Origin: Tubulanus polymorphus
Lineage: Eukaryota > Animalia > Nemertea
Assembly: GCF_964204645.1 (NCBI RefSeq)
Contig: NC_134029.1
Coordinates: 1,116,001 to 1,180,000 of the forward strand
Direction: 5' to 3'
Length of the DNA stretch: 64,000 nt
The notes under the pieces were generated by a model. The model had not been told where the DNA came from and ran no database searches. It saw nothing but the letters and a program-made list of their open reading frames with translations. Within the stretch, counting starts at the first letter, position 1. Each line of letters starts with the position of its first letter. Both the position numbers and the translations under genes were made by a program. Positions 1-15,030 of this stretch are shown piece by piece.

Positions 1-1870
1 ACCCCCTGTCTCCCTCACTCTCCCTCACTCTCACTCCTTACCCCCTGTCTACCTCACTCTCACTCACTCTCACTCCTTACCCCCTGTCTACCTCACTCTC
101 CCTCACTCTCACTCCTTACCCCCTGTCTACCTCACTCTCCCTCACTCTCACTCCTTACCCCCTGTCTACCTCACTCTCACTCACTCTCACTCCTTACCCC
201 CTGTCTACCTCACTCTCCCTCACTCTCACTCCTTACCCCCTGTCTACCTCACTCTCACTCACTCTCACTCCTTACCCCCTGTCTACCTCACTCTCCCTCA
301 CTCTCACTCCTTACCCCCTGTCTACCTCACTCTCCCTCACTCTCACTCCTTACCCCCTGTCTACCTCACTCTCACTCACTCTCACTCCTTACCCCCTGTC
401 TACCTCACTCTCCCTCACTCTCACTCCTTACCCCCTGTCTACCTCACTCTCACTCACTCTCACTCCTTACCCCCTGTCTACCTCACTCTCCCTCACTCTC
501 ACTCCTTACCCCCTGTCTACCTCACTCTCACTCACTCTCACTCCTTACTCCCTGTCTACCTCACTCTCACTCACTCTCACTCCTTACCCCCTGTCTACCT
601 CACTCTCCCTCACTCTCACTCCTTACCCCCTGTCTACCTCACTCTCCCTCACTCTCACTCCTTACCCCCTGTCTACCTCACTCTCACTCACTCTCACTCC
701 TTACCCCCTGTCTACCTCACTCTCCCTCACTCTCACTCCTTACCCCCTGTCTACCTCACTCTCCCTCACTCTCACTCCTTACCCCCTGTCTACCTCACTC
801 TCACTCACTCTCACTCCTTACCCCCTGTCTACCTCACTCTCACTCACTCCTTACCCCCTGTCTACCTCACTCTCCCTCACTCTCACTCCTTACCCCCTGT
901 CTACCTCACTCTCTCTCACTCTCACTCCTTACCCCCTGTCTACCTCACTCTCACTCACTCTCACTCCTTACCCCCTGTCTACCTCACTCTCACTCACTCT
1001 CACTCCTTACCCCCTGTCTCCCTCACTCTCCCTCACTCTCACTCCTTACCCCCTGTCTACCTCACTCTCCCTCACTCTCACTCCTTACCCCCTGTCTACC
1101 TCACTCTCCCTCACTCTCACTCCTTACCCCCTGTCTACCTCACTCTCACTCACTCTCACTCCTTACCCCCTGTCTACCTCACTCTCTCTCACTCTCACTC
1201 CTTACCCCCTGTCTACCTCACTCTCACTCCTTACCCCCTGTCTACCTCACTCTCACTCACTCTCACTCCTTACCCCCTGTCTACCTCACTCTCCCTCACT
1301 CTCACTCCTTACCCCCTGTCTACCTCACTCTCCCTCACTCTCACTCCTTACTCCCTGTCTACCTCACTCTCACTCCTTACCCCCTGTCTACCTCACTCTC
1401 ACTCACTCTCACTCCTTACCCCCTGTCTACCTCACTCTCCCTCACTCTCACTCCTTACCCCCTGTCTACCTCACTCTCCCTCACTCTCACTCCTTACTCC
1501 CTGTCTACCTCACTCTCACTCCTACCCCCTGTCTACCTCACTCTCACTCACTCTCATCCTTACCCCCTGTCTACCTCACTCTCCCTCACTCTCACTCCTT
1601 ACCCCCTGTCTACCTCACTCTCTCTCACTCTCACTCCTTACCCCCTGTCTACCTCACTCTCACTCACTCTCACTCCTTACCCCCTGTCTACCTCACTCTC
1701 CCTCACTCTCACTCCTTACCCCCTGTCTACCTCACTCTCCCTCACTCTCACTCCTTACTCCCTGTCTACCTCACTCTCACTCCTTACCCCCTGTCTCCCT
1801 CACTCTCACTCCTTACCCCCTGTCTCCCTCACTCTCACTCCTTACCCCCTGTCTCCCTCACTCTCTACCC
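1..1870. repeat. 39-bp C/T-rich minisatellite (accccctgtctacctcactctccctcactctcactcctt) with 29-bp variants
   Basis: Direct tandem periodicity; runs off the window start. Confidence 0.97.
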
Positions 1871-2406
1871 TACCCCGGCACGGTTTAGGAAAAGGGCACC
1901 GACAAGGATCTGACTTGCCTTCAATGTCTTCTTGTAATAGCATGTTACCTTTTTTACATAGTAATATTATGTGTTCCTATGAGCAGTTTAGTTATTTATT
2001 TATTCTGGTATCAATTCATAAAAAAAGTAGAAAGATACGCACAGGTTTACGGAATAAAGCAATTGAAATTGAATTATTCCATTCAACATAAACAATTTTC
2101 ATTTTCTTGTTCATATCCCTACGCCAGCTCCACGCTGATTCCACACCGATTCCACACTTAACTCCACTCCATACTGATTCCATGGTTCCACACTGGTTCC
2201 ACATCTATTCCACACCGGCTCCACACCGGCTCCACACCCGCTCTGTGAAATATGAAGTTTGAATTATACTTATTGCGGCATTGATTTTGTTACTATGGTA
2301 ACATAAGTGTTCCGTAGATAGGAGTTGAGATTATTACAAAATGGAGTAACGAACTCAAAAAAAAAACCACCAGAGAATCGTGACAGTGGCCTACTGACTA
2401 ACGCTG

Positions 2407-2447
<41 letters not shown>

Positions 2448-2507
2448 GGTGTTTTCCCTTGAATTTCCCAGGGATTCAATCTAGGGTTTCACTGTGTCTA
2501 TTGATTC

Positions 2508-2700
<193 letters not shown>

Positions 2701-3274
2701 GTCCCTGTCTCTATTTCTTTCCCCTCTCCCTCTAGTCTATTTCAGTTTATCTGTTCCTTTATGTGAAATAAGACCTACTCGTTGCCGCTGTTTCACATTC
2801 TTATCTTAATGAGATTTGAACATCATCTCAACTTTTTTAATCGTACTTCTCTGAAAACTCTTAACACGCTCTACATACTTTATAGACTCTTACACAATTT
2901 ATGCTCAGATGGTCTTTATTTTATTCGTAAAGCAGATATTTTTCCTGTTGCTGTTTGCTCTTGATGACGTTTGTGTCTCATGATTTATTTTTACCATCCT
3001 GACAGAGAGAAGGAGAGAGGGAGGAGAGAGGGAGGAGTGAGTCTGAGCATTGACTGGTGTTAATTTCCCATGTGTATCAGTAGAGATGATCAAATATAAA
3101 AATTCCTAATTATCATCAAATTTCTCATCACTCATTTCGCGTTTAGTTCGACGTTTCAAATATCATTTTGTAATTTTATCTATTTATTCATATAATCATC
3201 TATTATCATTATGTATTTGAAATGTACCTTAAGCTAAAATGATCGTGTTGATTTAATTACTAACTGTGGAATAC

Positions 3275-3935
3275 CCCTAGCCTACACCACAACCAGCATC
3301 CTCCCAGCCTACACCACAACCAGCATCCTACCAGCCTACACCACAACCAGCATCCTCCCAGCCTACACCACAACCAGCATCCTCCTAGCCTACACCACAA
3401 CTAGCATCCTCCCAGCCTACACCACAACCAGCATCCTACCAGCCTACACCACAACCAGCATCCTCCCAGCCTACACCACAACCAGCATCCTCCTAGCCTA
3501 CACCACAACTAGCATCCTCCCAGCCTACACCACAACCAGCATCCTCCCAGCCCTACACCACAACCAGCATCCTCCCAGCCTACACCACAACCAGCATCCT
3601 ACCAGCCTACACCACAACCAGCATCCTCCTAGCCTACACCACAACCAGCATCCTCCCAGCCTACACCACAACCAGCATCCTACCAGCCTACACCACAACC
3701 AGCATCCTCCCAGCCTACACCACAACCAGCATCCTCCTAGCCTACACCACAACTAGAATCCTCCCAGCCTACACCACAACCAGCATCCTCCCAGCCTACA
3801 CCACAACCAGCATCCTCCCAGCCTACACCACAACCAGCATCCTCCCAGCCTACACCACAACCAGCATCCTCCTAGCCTACACCACAACTAGCATCCTCCC
3901 AGCCTACACCACAACCAGCATCCTCCCAGCCTACA
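3275..3935. repeat. 27-bp minisatellite (cctacaccacaaccagcatcctcccag)
   Basis: About 24 tandem units. Confidence 0.95.
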
Positions 3936-3952
3936 CCCTCCAGGATCTGCAC

Positions 3953-4430
3953 CAGACAACTGACCACTGCTCCCTACTGGGATGGACAACTGACCATTGC
4001 TTTCTACTGGGATGGACAACTGACCATTGCTCCCTACAGTGATGGACAAGTGACCAATGCTCCCTACAGCACTGGGCAAGTTACCACTGCTTCCTACAGT
4101 GACGGACAAGTTACCAATGCTCCCTACAGCACTGGGCAAGTTACCACTGCTCCCTACAGCACTGGGCAAGTTACCACTGCTTCTTACAGCACTGGGCAAG
4201 TTACCACTGCTCCCTACAGCACTGGACAAGTGACCACTGCTCCCTACAGTGATGGATAAGTGACCAATGCTCCCTACAGCACTGGACAAGTGACCACTGC
4301 TCCCTACAGTGATGGACAAGTGACCACTGCTCCCTACAGTGACGGATAAGTGACCAATGCTCCCTACAGCACTGGACAAGTGACCACTGCTCCCTAGTGG
4401 GATGGACAACTGACCACTGCTGCCTACAAT
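3953..4430. repeat. 30-bp minisatellite (ggacaagtgaccactgctccctacagcact)
   Basis: About 15 units; related inverted array at 10385-10570. Confidence 0.93.
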
Positions 4431-4635
4431 GACTAGACTTAACTGAACATCCTCCCCAACCTCTGGACAACCTTGAATTCAACATTCATTTGAAAAATGA
4501 ACTAGTTTCCATTGAGAGATAGGCAGAGACTGAGTGAGAGAGTAATCTCGAATATCTGATGTATCGTTAATGTTTAATGCAACTGGAACTAGGATTGGCT
4601 TCTCTTATCAGTTCATTGAGTAAAAACACTGCACT

Positions 4636-4667
<32 letters not shown>

Positions 4668-4969
4668 GCAACTTGCCAATCATTCAAATCAAATCTTTGC
4701 ATACCACATATGCAGAAACTTGCAGGAGTCACTGTACGTACAGACACCCGCGGAGACATAGACATAGGAAACTCACAGAAACACTCGGTGTAGTGTGCAA
4801 TATTGTGCAACGTTGTGAACTGAGTTTTCATAACAAACTCTGATAACATTCATCATCATTGCAGCGAACAACATGTCTGATACCAGCAGTTACCATGGTA
4901 ACAGTCAATAACCCATTTATTACGATTGTATATTGATTTCTTAAAAGCAGCCTCGTAGACTGGTCCTGC

Positions 4970-5120
4970 AGTCCGTCCGAGCAGCACGGGCCAAGTGAGT
5001 GGGTCCCGCTGTCCATCCGAGCAGCACGGGCCAAGTGAGTGGGTCCCGCTGTCCGTCCGAGCAGCACAGGGCCAGTGAGTGGGTCCCGCTGTCCATCCGA
5101 GCAGCACGGGGCCAGTGAGA
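4970..5120. repeat. 40-bp tandem repeat, about 3.5 copies
   Basis: gtccgtccgagcagcacgggccaagtgagtgggtcccgct. Confidence 0.9.
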
Positions 5121-6002
5121 CAGTCCTGTATCCAGCACAGTGGCAGGGAAAGTAGACCAGGCCCCACCCCTTGAGTAGTTAGTACCCTGTGTTGAGTGCG
5201 GACCAAGCTCTTGAGTAGTCAGTAGCCCGTGAGTAGTCCACGACCTAGCCCTAGGAGAGATTGTTGTGTTATCAGTAGTTAATCCTGTGAGATCATAAAT
5301 ATATATCTAGTTGAAAGGTTCTATTTGACCTCAAGTTTCCAGGTGCTCATCTATAAATATAGTGCATACCTTAGTTAGATTTTTACTTAATTCTGTTATT
5401 GTTTATATGGAATCTGTTGAGTTTGAATCTGTCAAACTCTCATATTCCCTTTCTGTTCTAAAGTTCAAGTTCAAGTCGAGATGTTTATGTGAAATGTAAG
5501 AATGGAGAGATTAATACACCGACTGTCTGCTGGGCGTACCTCTCATCACCATCGGTAACCGTTGTAATCCCTAAATCCCCGACCAGGAAGCAATTAATTA
5601 ACCTTTAATAATTTCGAATTTTCGTCACTGATTTCTTGATTTTCAATAATTCCAGTGATTGTAATTTAAAACTTAAATGTGAGTGAGACAGTTGCTGTGG
5701 AAGAGGATCAGTCAGTACTGGAGACAGACTTCATGTTGAAGTTCTCAAACCCCATCCCCTCTGCTAAAGCATCCATGTTGTAAGTACTAAACCCCATCCC
5801 TTACTGCTCAAGACAGGCTTCATGTATAAGTATAAACTACAATCCCTTACTGCTGGGAGCAGATTTGATGTTTTAAGTACTGAGCCCAATCCCCTACTGC
5901 TCAGCCAAGATGCTAAATCAAGCAAAGCTAATTTTAAAATGATTTACCAATTCAGAGTGGAGAATAAAGGAAACATTTTGTTTCGATTACTAAGTAATCA
6001 TT

Positions 6003-7533
6003 CCCCTAGTCCCTTCCCGCCCACTCCTCTCTCTGTCTTCTCCCCCTGCCCCCACTCTCTCTCCCTTCCCCTGCGCACTCTCTCCTTCCCCACCTCTCCC
6101 CCTCTGTCCACTCTCCCTTCCACCACTTCCCCCTTCGCCCCACTTCTCTCTTCCTTCCCCTCCGCCCCACTCTCTCTCCCTCCCCTCTCTGCCACTCTCT
6201 CCTTCCACCTCTCTCCCTCCCGCCCACTCTCTCCTTCCACCTCTCCCCTCCACCCACTCTCTCCTCCACCACTTCCCCCTCCAGCCCCACTCTTCCTTCC
6301 ACCACTCTGCCCCTCCGCCCCACTCTTCCTCCACCTCTCCCCCTCTGTCCCACTCACTCTCCTTCCACCACTTCCCCCTCCGCCCCACTCTCTCCTTCCA
6401 CCTACCCCCTCCGCCCCACTCTCTCCTTCCACCTCTCCCCCCTCCGCCCCACTCTCTCCTTCCACCTCTCTCCCTCTGCGCCCCATCTCTTCCTTCCACC
6501 TCTCCCCCCTCTGCCCCACTCTCTCCTCCCACCTCTCCCTCCGCCCCCACCTCTCCCTTCCACCTCTCCCCCTCCGCCCCACTCTCTCCTTCCACCACTT
6601 CCCCCTCCGCCCCACTCTCTCCTTCCACCTCTCCCCCTCCGCCCCACTCTCTCCTTCCACCTCTCCCCCCTCTGTCCCACTCACTCTCCTTCCACCACTT
6701 CCCCCTCCGCCCCACTCTCTCCTTCCACCTCTCCCCCCTCTGCCCCACTCTCTCCTTCCACCTCTCCCCCCCCTCCACCCTCTCCACCTCTCCCCCTCTG
6801 TCCCACTCACTCTCCTTCCATCACTTCCCCCTCTGCCCCACTCACTCTCCCTCTCACCACTTTCCCCCTCCGCCCACTCTCTCTCCTTCCATCTCTACCC
6901 ACTGATGTGCAGTGCTCCATGAGAAAACACTTTATCAAATGAGTCTCCTAATAGAGAAGTAAAATGCTTCTTGTCTCCCAGAAATGAAACTTGTTTTAAA
7001 GAAATAATGATGAATACGTTGTGGATTGTGAACTGAAACTCTACATCAAACAAACGAACTCTCAACGAGATGAGATTGAATAAAAATATTCCGTTTAATA
7101 ATCATTTCAACAGTTTCTACTTGGTCTACCTTTCCTCTCCCTCTCCCTCTCTCTCGTTCCTCTCCTCTCCCTCTATCTCCTCTCTCCTTCCTCTCCTCTC
7201 CCTCTATCTCTATCTCTCCCTCTCTCTCCCTCTCCCTCTCCCTCTCTCCTCTCCCTCTATCTCCTCTCCCTCTCCCTCTCCCTCTCCTCTCCCTCTGTCC
7301 TTCCTCTCCTTCTCTCTCCCTCTCCTCTCTCTCTCCCTCTCCTCTCTCTCTCTCTCCCTCTCTCCCTCTCCCTCTCCCTCCCTCTATCTCCTCTCCCTCT
7401 CCTCTCCCTCTATCTCTACCTCTCTCTCTCTCCCTCTCTCCCTCTCCCTCTCTCCCTCTCCTCTCCCTCTATCTCCTCTCCCTCTCCCTCTCCCTCTCCT
7501 CTCCCTCTATCTCCTCTCCCTCTCCTTCCTCTC

Positions 7534-7578
<45 letters not shown>

Positions 7579-7722
7579 CCCTCTCCCTCTATCTCCTCTC
7601 TCTCCTTCCTTCCTCTCCCTCTATCTCTACCTCTCTCTCTCTCCCTCTCCCTCTCCCTCTCCTCTCCCTCTCTCTCTCCCTCCCTCTGTCTCCTCTGCTT
7701 CCTCTCTCCTCTTTCCTTCTTC

Positions 7723-7779
<57 letters not shown>

Positions 7780-9030
7780 CCTCTCTCCCTCTCTCTCTCT
7801 CTCTCCCTCTCCCTCTCCCTCCCTCTATCTCCTCTCCCTCTCCTTCCTCTCCTCTCCCTCTCCTCTCCCTCTCCCTCTCCCTCCCTCTCCCTCTCCCTCT
7901 CCTCTCCCTCTCGATATATATATAGTAGTAGTTAGCTATATATCTACCTATCTGTAGGTATTAGGTATTGGGTCTTCTAGGTATGCATGTAGGTATATAT
8001 ACGTATGGGTCTCTGCCTCCTCCTCTGGACTGTAGGTATATATTGGTCTGTAGTTTGGTCTTGGTCTAGGTATATCTGTAGGTCTATCTATCTGTAGGTC
8101 TGCCTACCTAGGTATGGGTGACCTAGGTATGGGTCTGTCTGGTCTGCCTACCTAGTTAGGTATTCCGTCTAGGTATATCTGGTACCTAGTATTAGTGTAG
8201 GTATGTAGGTAGGTATGGTAGGTAGGTAGGTAGGTAGGTATGTACTGTAGTTAGGTAGTTTGTAGGTATGTATGTAGGTATGTAGGTAGGTAGGTAGCTA
8301 GGTATGTAGGTATGTAGGTACTGTAGGTAGGTATGTAGGTAGGTATAGTTAGTGTAGGTAGGTATGTAGGTATGTATGGTCTGTAGTTTGGGTACGTATA
8401 GGTATATGTAGGTATGTATGTAGGTATGTAGGTAGGTAGGTAGGTAGGTAGGTATGTAGGTAGGTATGGTTGGTCTCGTCTAGGTATGGTCTAGGTCTGG
8501 GTCTCGTAGGTAGGTAGGTAGGTAGGTAGGTATGTAGGTAGGTATGTAGGCATGTAGGTATATATCTACATCTATCTGTCTAGGTCTGGGTCTAGGTCTA
8601 GGTATGGTCTGGGTCTGTCTCGTACCTAGGTAGGTAGGTAGGTAGGTATGTAGGTATGCATGCATATACATATTTAGGTATATATCTACATCTATCTCTC
8701 TCTCTCCCTCTCCCTCTCCCTCTCCCTCTCCCTCTTCCCTCTCCCTCTCTGTCTCCCTCTCCTCTCCCTTCCCTCTCCTCTCCCTCTCTCTCTCCCTCCT
8801 TCCTCTCCTCTCCCTCTATCTCTACCTCTCCCTCTCTCTCCCTCTCCCTTTCTCTCCCTCTCCCTCTCCCTCCTCTCCCTCTATCTCCTCTCCCCTCCTC
8901 CTTCCTCTCCTCTCCCTCGATCTCTCCTCTCCCTCTCTCTAGCTCTCTCCTCTCCCCTCTCCCCCTCTCTCCTCCCTCTCCTTTTCTCTCTCATCTTCAC
9001 TTCACTCTCTCTCTCTCTCCTACTCTTCCC
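6003..9030. repeat. C/T-rich low-complexity blocks around a (GTAG/GTAT)n block at ~7930-8680
   Basis: Direct; explains the P/S/L-rich and G/E/R-rich ORFs. Confidence 0.93.
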
Positions 9031-9619
9031 TCATTCTACTTCACATCAAAGACAAACTAGTATCAGTTGACGTGTTGTGTTCGCTCATTCAATAATTCAT
9101 ACCGGTTCTACTCCTCGCTAGTCTTTGCTAGTCTCCATTAGTCCTCGCTAGTCCTTGTGTAGAAAAAAGAGATTTCATTACGTCAACATAGTAACCGCGG
9201 TGATAGCAATAACGCGTGTTTCCAGCAACAGTACGTCACCATAGCGATGATTGTTAATTAGTTTAAGGGTGAATGTTGTCGATTGTTTCAGGTGAAATCG
9301 AGTGGTATTTTATCGATCTATTCTCGTCCGTTTAATCCCTGCACGGAAATAATATTTTGTGAAATGTTTTTGTAGAACGTGGCTTTGATCGGTCGAGCAG
9401 AAATGGTTAGAAATATTCATTTTTCATAAAAAAATGTCATCAAAGACTGGGATGTTTCAGTTTTCGGAACCGGTTGAATTGTGAATCGTTATGACGACGA
9501 TCGAGATGATTATTAGTTAATCCGCTTTCGTTTAATCCAGGATTTAATGTCTAATCATTGATATTCGATCGTCTCCGCCTATATACATCAATACATGGTA
9601 AATAATAGTTTCAGTAATT

Positions 9620-10020
9620 ACAGCAGCTACTGTTACAGTTACAGTTATAGTTACAGTTACAGTTATAGTTACAGCTACTGTTACAATTACAGCTACTGTT
9701 ACAGTTACAGCTATTGTTACAGTTACAGCTACTGTTACAGTTACAGCTACTGTTATAGTTACAGTTACTGTTACAGTTATAGTTACAGTTATAGTTACAG
9801 CTACTGTTACAGTTACAGCTACTGTTACAGTTACAGCTACTGTTACAGTTACAGCTACTGTTACAGTTACAGTTATAGTTACAGTTACAGCTACTGTTAC
9901 AGTTACAGCTACTGTTACAGTTACAGCTATTGTTACAGTTACAGCTACTGTTATAGTTACAGCTATTGTTACAGTTACAGCTACTGTTACAGTTACAGCT
10001 ACTGTTACAGTTAGAGTTAC
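9620..10020. repeat. (gttaca)/(gctact) hexamer-based repeat
   Basis: Direct. Confidence 0.93.
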
Positions 10021-10611
10021 GGTAGCGTGCTGGTGATAATTACAGCTATCTGATATGTTGCTTAATTGCTGGGTTGAATCCCAGGTCCTGCTTCTACAGC
10101 TACAGCTATTGCTGGTACTGCGGATGTTGCTGTCGATGCTGATTCTGGTACTGCTCATGCTGTTGGTGCTGCTGATATTGCTGGTGCTGTTGGTGCTGAT
10201 GCTGGTACTACTTGTGCTGTTGGTACTGATGATATTGTTGTTGAACTGTTTTGCATTCGTGTCTTCAGCCTACAATAATTGAATAGTCATTCATGACTGA
10301 ACAAAACTAGTCTGGAATCTGATTATCAAACAACGAATCATCTGATTAATGGGGGGCTCATGACACATGTATCCTAGCTCTATATCCAGTCCTGTAGGCA
10401 GCAGTGGTCAGGTGTTCTGTCCTGTAGGCAGCAGTGGTCAGGTGTCCTGTCCTATAGGCAGCAGTGGTCAGGTGTTCTGTCCTTTAAGCAGCAGTGGTCA
10501 GTTGTCCATCCCTGAGGGGAGGAGTGGTCAGGTGTCCTGTAGGCAGCAGTGGTCAGTTGAGTGCTGTTGTCCTGTATTATTGGAAGTTAAATGATTGATG
10601 CTTGTATCCAG

Positions 10612-10664
<53 letters not shown>

Positions 10665-11096
10665 TCTCCCACTCCTCACCATTAAGTGTTTTGCGCTCAG
10701 ATAAACCTGACACATCTTTTGACCAATGAACCTTCATTTCCGCGAACCATTAACCCTCTATTTACCATCTCTCGACACCAAAACATACAGAGCGGATCTT
10801 TCTAGAAAACAATCAATAAATGAATAGTTCGCAGAAGTTCAACAGTTAGAAGACGTCTGTTGTGTGATTCAGTGTCATTTAGAGTTATTCATTAATTACA
10901 GCTGATGATGTTTACGAGTATGAATCAGTGAAAGGTTATAGACTGATTCAATAACTATAAATATATACCTTCAACCTTTCACTGTGACATTAATTACTGT
11001 CAATGACATCTGAATCAGAATATGATGGATAAGAAAGAGGTTGAGTGGTAGTGAGTGGGGGTGGACAGGAACTAGTCATCTTCATCATCCGGCCGA

Positions 11097-11133
<37 letters not shown>

Positions 11134-11772
11134 GCAGCGGCAGCGGCAGCAGCAGCTTCCTAGAAATAATACATCCATTTTATATTGATCACAAACAATC
11201 TACTACCAGATAACACGAGAGGAAGAGGGTGGAAAGATCAATTTACACTAATTCACTCCACTCTTCCTCCAGCCCTGTCCTTCTCATCTCAATCTCTCCA
11301 TTCCCTCTTTACACTTCCTCTCTCCAATTTCCCTTTGCTCCCTGTGTACTGGTGGTTTTCTGTCATCACCAGGTTTCCTATCCTGGCAGTAGGTCACGAC
11401 AGGTTGAGACAGTGAAGACTGTTATTAAGTCTCGACACGTATTGTATGTTGAGTGAATGTGATGTATTTTTAAGGAGTAGACTTGGTGTGCGGGGTAATT
11501 TGTGAAAGTGAAATAAATCAAGTATTCCATCAATGTGTTGCATCACACCCTCGAGTTCCCCTCACGTTTATAAGCTACTCTACTGACTGTTTTTACATGA
11601 ATTGCAAATTACATTGACAGTCTCGTAAGGTAAATTATACCACCAGTACTCTCCTCTCTCCACTCTCTCTCTCCCCCCCTCACTCTCTCCCCCTCTCACT
11701 CTCTCCCCTTTCACTCTCTCCCCCTCTCACTCTCTCCCCCTCTCACTCTCTCCCCCTCTCACTCTCCACTCT

Positions 11773-11961
11773 GGGCCAAATTCGGTTTTCGTATCTAGTC
11801 GACAAGTGGTTGGAACTAATAACCGAATGCGCTTGATTTTCGAACTATTTCCGGAATATAGTTCCGACTAACTGAAATTCGGTTTCACTTAGGTCGACTA
11901 AAGTAACCGAAGTTGGTCGTAACCGAAGTTGGCCCTTGCTTTCCCCAACCGAAGTTGGCCC
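11773..11961. mobile_element. foldback MITE with duplicated right end
   Basis: gggccaaattcggtt ... aaccgaagttggccc inverted termini, inner gtcgac symmetry. Confidence 0.65.
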
Positions 11962-12483
11962 TTGCTTTCCCCTCTCCCCTCCCTCTCTCTCTCTCTCCCG
12001 CCCTCCCTCTCTCTCTCCCTCCCTCCCTATCTCTGCTTTCTCTGCAACTGTTTCTGTTTCTCCATATATTTGACTCCTTGGACTTAAGAAATACTGATTT
12101 GATTTGTTTGATGCAGTTTAGTGGGTCTCTCACTCACATCCCCCCTTCCCCTGTAGCCCTGTGGGAACTGGTTGAATATTTAATATTTCATCATTGTTTT
12201 GTTCGGCGTATTAAATCTCTTTGTGCGGCTTGTTTTTTGTGTCTGGTGACAGGATTACAGTGAAAACCATAATAATAGGATTAATTGAGGAAGGGAGGGA
12301 GACAAATAGGATGGAACTTTTATTCAACTGAAGCAATGGAAATATCATCGGATACAGTTACTGTTTATAATTGTGTATTATTCCTCGAGCAGTTTCACAA
12401 ACTGTAAAACTCCGATATCTCTATCAAAATGGATGTATTTGTATTTTGTATTTTGTCCTTAAAGATCGATCTGATTTGAGTAT

Positions 12484-13377
12484 AAGATCAGACTTGAGCG
12501 GAGTCTACTGTATCATCCAACTCAGATATCACTCTCAAGTCAAAAGATCAGACTTGAGCGGAGTCTACTGTACCATCCAACTCAGATATCACTCTCAAGT
12601 CAAAAGATCAGACTTGAGCGGAGTTTACTGTACCATCCAACTCAGATATCACTCTCAAGTCAAAAGATCAGACTTGAGCGGAGTTTACTGTACCATCCAA
12701 CTCAGATATCACTCTCAAGTCAAAAGATCAGACTTGAGCGGAGTCTACTGTACCATCCAACTCAGATATCACTCTCAAGTCAAAAGATCAGACTTGAGCG
12801 GAGTTTACTGTACCATCCAACTCAGATATCACTCTCAAGTCAAAAGATCTGACTTGAGCGGAGTCTACTGTACCATCCAACTCAGATATCACTCTCAAGT
12901 CAAAAGATCAGACTTGAGCGGAGTTTACTGTACCATCCAACTCAGATATCACTCTCAAGTCAAAAGATCAGACTTGAGCGGAGTCTACTGTATCATCCAA
13001 CTCAGATATCACTCTCAAGTCAAAAGATTGCACTTGAGCGGAGTCTACTGTACCATCCAACTCAGATATCACTCTCAAGTCAAAAGATCAGACTTGAGCG
13101 GAGTTTACTGTACCATCCAACTCAGATATCACTCTCAAGTCAAAAGATCTGACTTGAGCGGAGTCTACTGTACCATCCAACTCAGATATCACTCTCAAGT
13201 CAAAAGATCAGACTTGAGCGGAGTTTACTGTACCATCCAACTCAGATATCACTCTCAAGTCAAAAGATCAGACTTGAGCGGAGTCTACTGTATCATCCAA
13301 CTCAGATATCACTCTCAAGTCAAAAGATTGCACTTGAGCGGAGTCTACTGTATCATCAAACTCAGATATCACTCTTA
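12484..13377 (+). repeat. 60-bp tandem array, about 15 copies
   Basis: agatcagacttgagcggagtctactgtaccatccaactcagatatcactctcaagtcaaa. Confidence 0.97.
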
Positions 13378-14431
13378 AAAACAGGATAAATTCTGTCCCT
13401 ACCGAATATATTCTGTCCTAAAAGTCTGCCTCAAGTAGAGTATATACTGTGTGTACACCAGTGTTATATTGCATCTATTGATGTTTTACGCGCTAAATGT
13501 CGAGTTCTTCAAGACTTTGTTATTAAAGTATTGGCAATTTAAACTAGGAACATAGAATGTTATGCAGAGAGATGATCTACAGTGGGGGGGAGGGGGGCGT
13601 CGCTGTATGTATATAGAATCATATAGAAAGAGATTAGAGGCAAATCTAAGAGAGACTAATGCACATAAGTGAACAATATCTGATATATCAAATATCGAAA
13701 CAACAATATCCTACCATATCGTGTACCATATGGCTACATAAACTAATCTGAAACAGTATCAATTTAAAAGTCTCTATTTCAAATCGAATCTGTCTCATTA
13801 TCCCTCTCTCCTCCCTCTCCTCTCTCTCCCTCTCCTCTCTCCCTCTCCTCTCTCTCCTCTCCCTCTCCCTCTCCTCTCTCTCCTCTCCCTCTCCTCTTCT
13901 CTCTCTCCTCTCCCTCTCCTCTCTCTCCTCTCTCTCTCTCCCCTCTCCTCACTCTCCTACCGCTCCTCCCTCTCCTCTCCCTCTCCTCCCTCTCCTCTCT
14001 CTCCATCTCCTCTCTCTCCCTCCTCCCTCTCCCACCTCCCTCCTCCCTCTCCTCTCCCCCTCTCCCTTCCCTCCCTCTCTCACCCTCTCCTGAATCCTTA
14101 GCCTCATTTCTTATGTTTTATTTCTATAATGAAGATTTTCCGATATGAACTCGAAGCAATTTGATTACACAACGCTTCAGGGGCTGAGGATGAAATTATT
14201 AATTAATCTTGAAGGAACTTGATGAATAATAATATCTGCTGTTTGTTTCTTGTTCATCCCTGAAAATAATTTAAACAATTTGTTTAATATGACATAAACT
14301 GATTATATGTGACAGTGTTTAGTTTAATGGATCATGTATTTTTTATTTATTTATTTGTGATAGTGAAATGTACGTCATATATGAATATGAAAGGAAGTGT
14401 AGATTGAGAATCCAGCGTTAATTTCAACCCC

Positions 14432-15030
14432 CATTCCAAGGACACCGCAGTGCAGTTGGCACACGCTCTAGTCCCGTTCCAAGGACACCGCAGTGCTGTT
14501 GGCACACGCTTCAGTCCCGTTCCAAGGACACCGCAGTGCAATTGGCACACGCTCCAGTCCCGTTCCAAGGACACTGCAGTGCAGTTGGCACACGCTCCAG
14601 TCCCGTTCCAAGGACACCGCAGTGCAGTTGGCACACGCTCCAGTCCCGTTCCAAGGACACCGCAGTGCAGTTGGCACACGCTCCAGTCCCGTTCCAAGGA
14701 CACCGCAGTGCAGTTGGCACACGCCTCAGTCCCGTTCCAAGGACACAGCAGTGCAGTTGGCACACGCTCCAGTCCCGTTCCAAGGACACCGCAGTGCAGT
14801 TGGCACACGCTCCAGTCCCGTTCCAAGGACACCGCAGTGCAGTTGGCACACGCTCCAGTCCCGTGCCAAGGACACCGCAGTGCAGTTGGCACACGCTCCA
14901 GTCCCGTTCCAAGGACACCGCAGTGCAGTTGGCACATGCTTCAGTGCCGTTCCAAGGACACCGCAGTGCAGTTGGCACATGCTTCAGTCCCGTTCCAAGG
15001 ACACCGCAGTGCAGTTGGCACGCGCTTCAG
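14432..15030. repeat. 43-bp tandem array, about 14 copies
   Basis: ccgttccaaggacaccgcagtgcagttggcacacgctccagtc. Confidence 0.96.

Noticed and set aside
5822-10158. Pro/Ser/Leu-rich, Gly/Glu/Arg-rich, TV and YS ORFs
   Set aside because: Translations of low-complexity DNA with no splice or domain support
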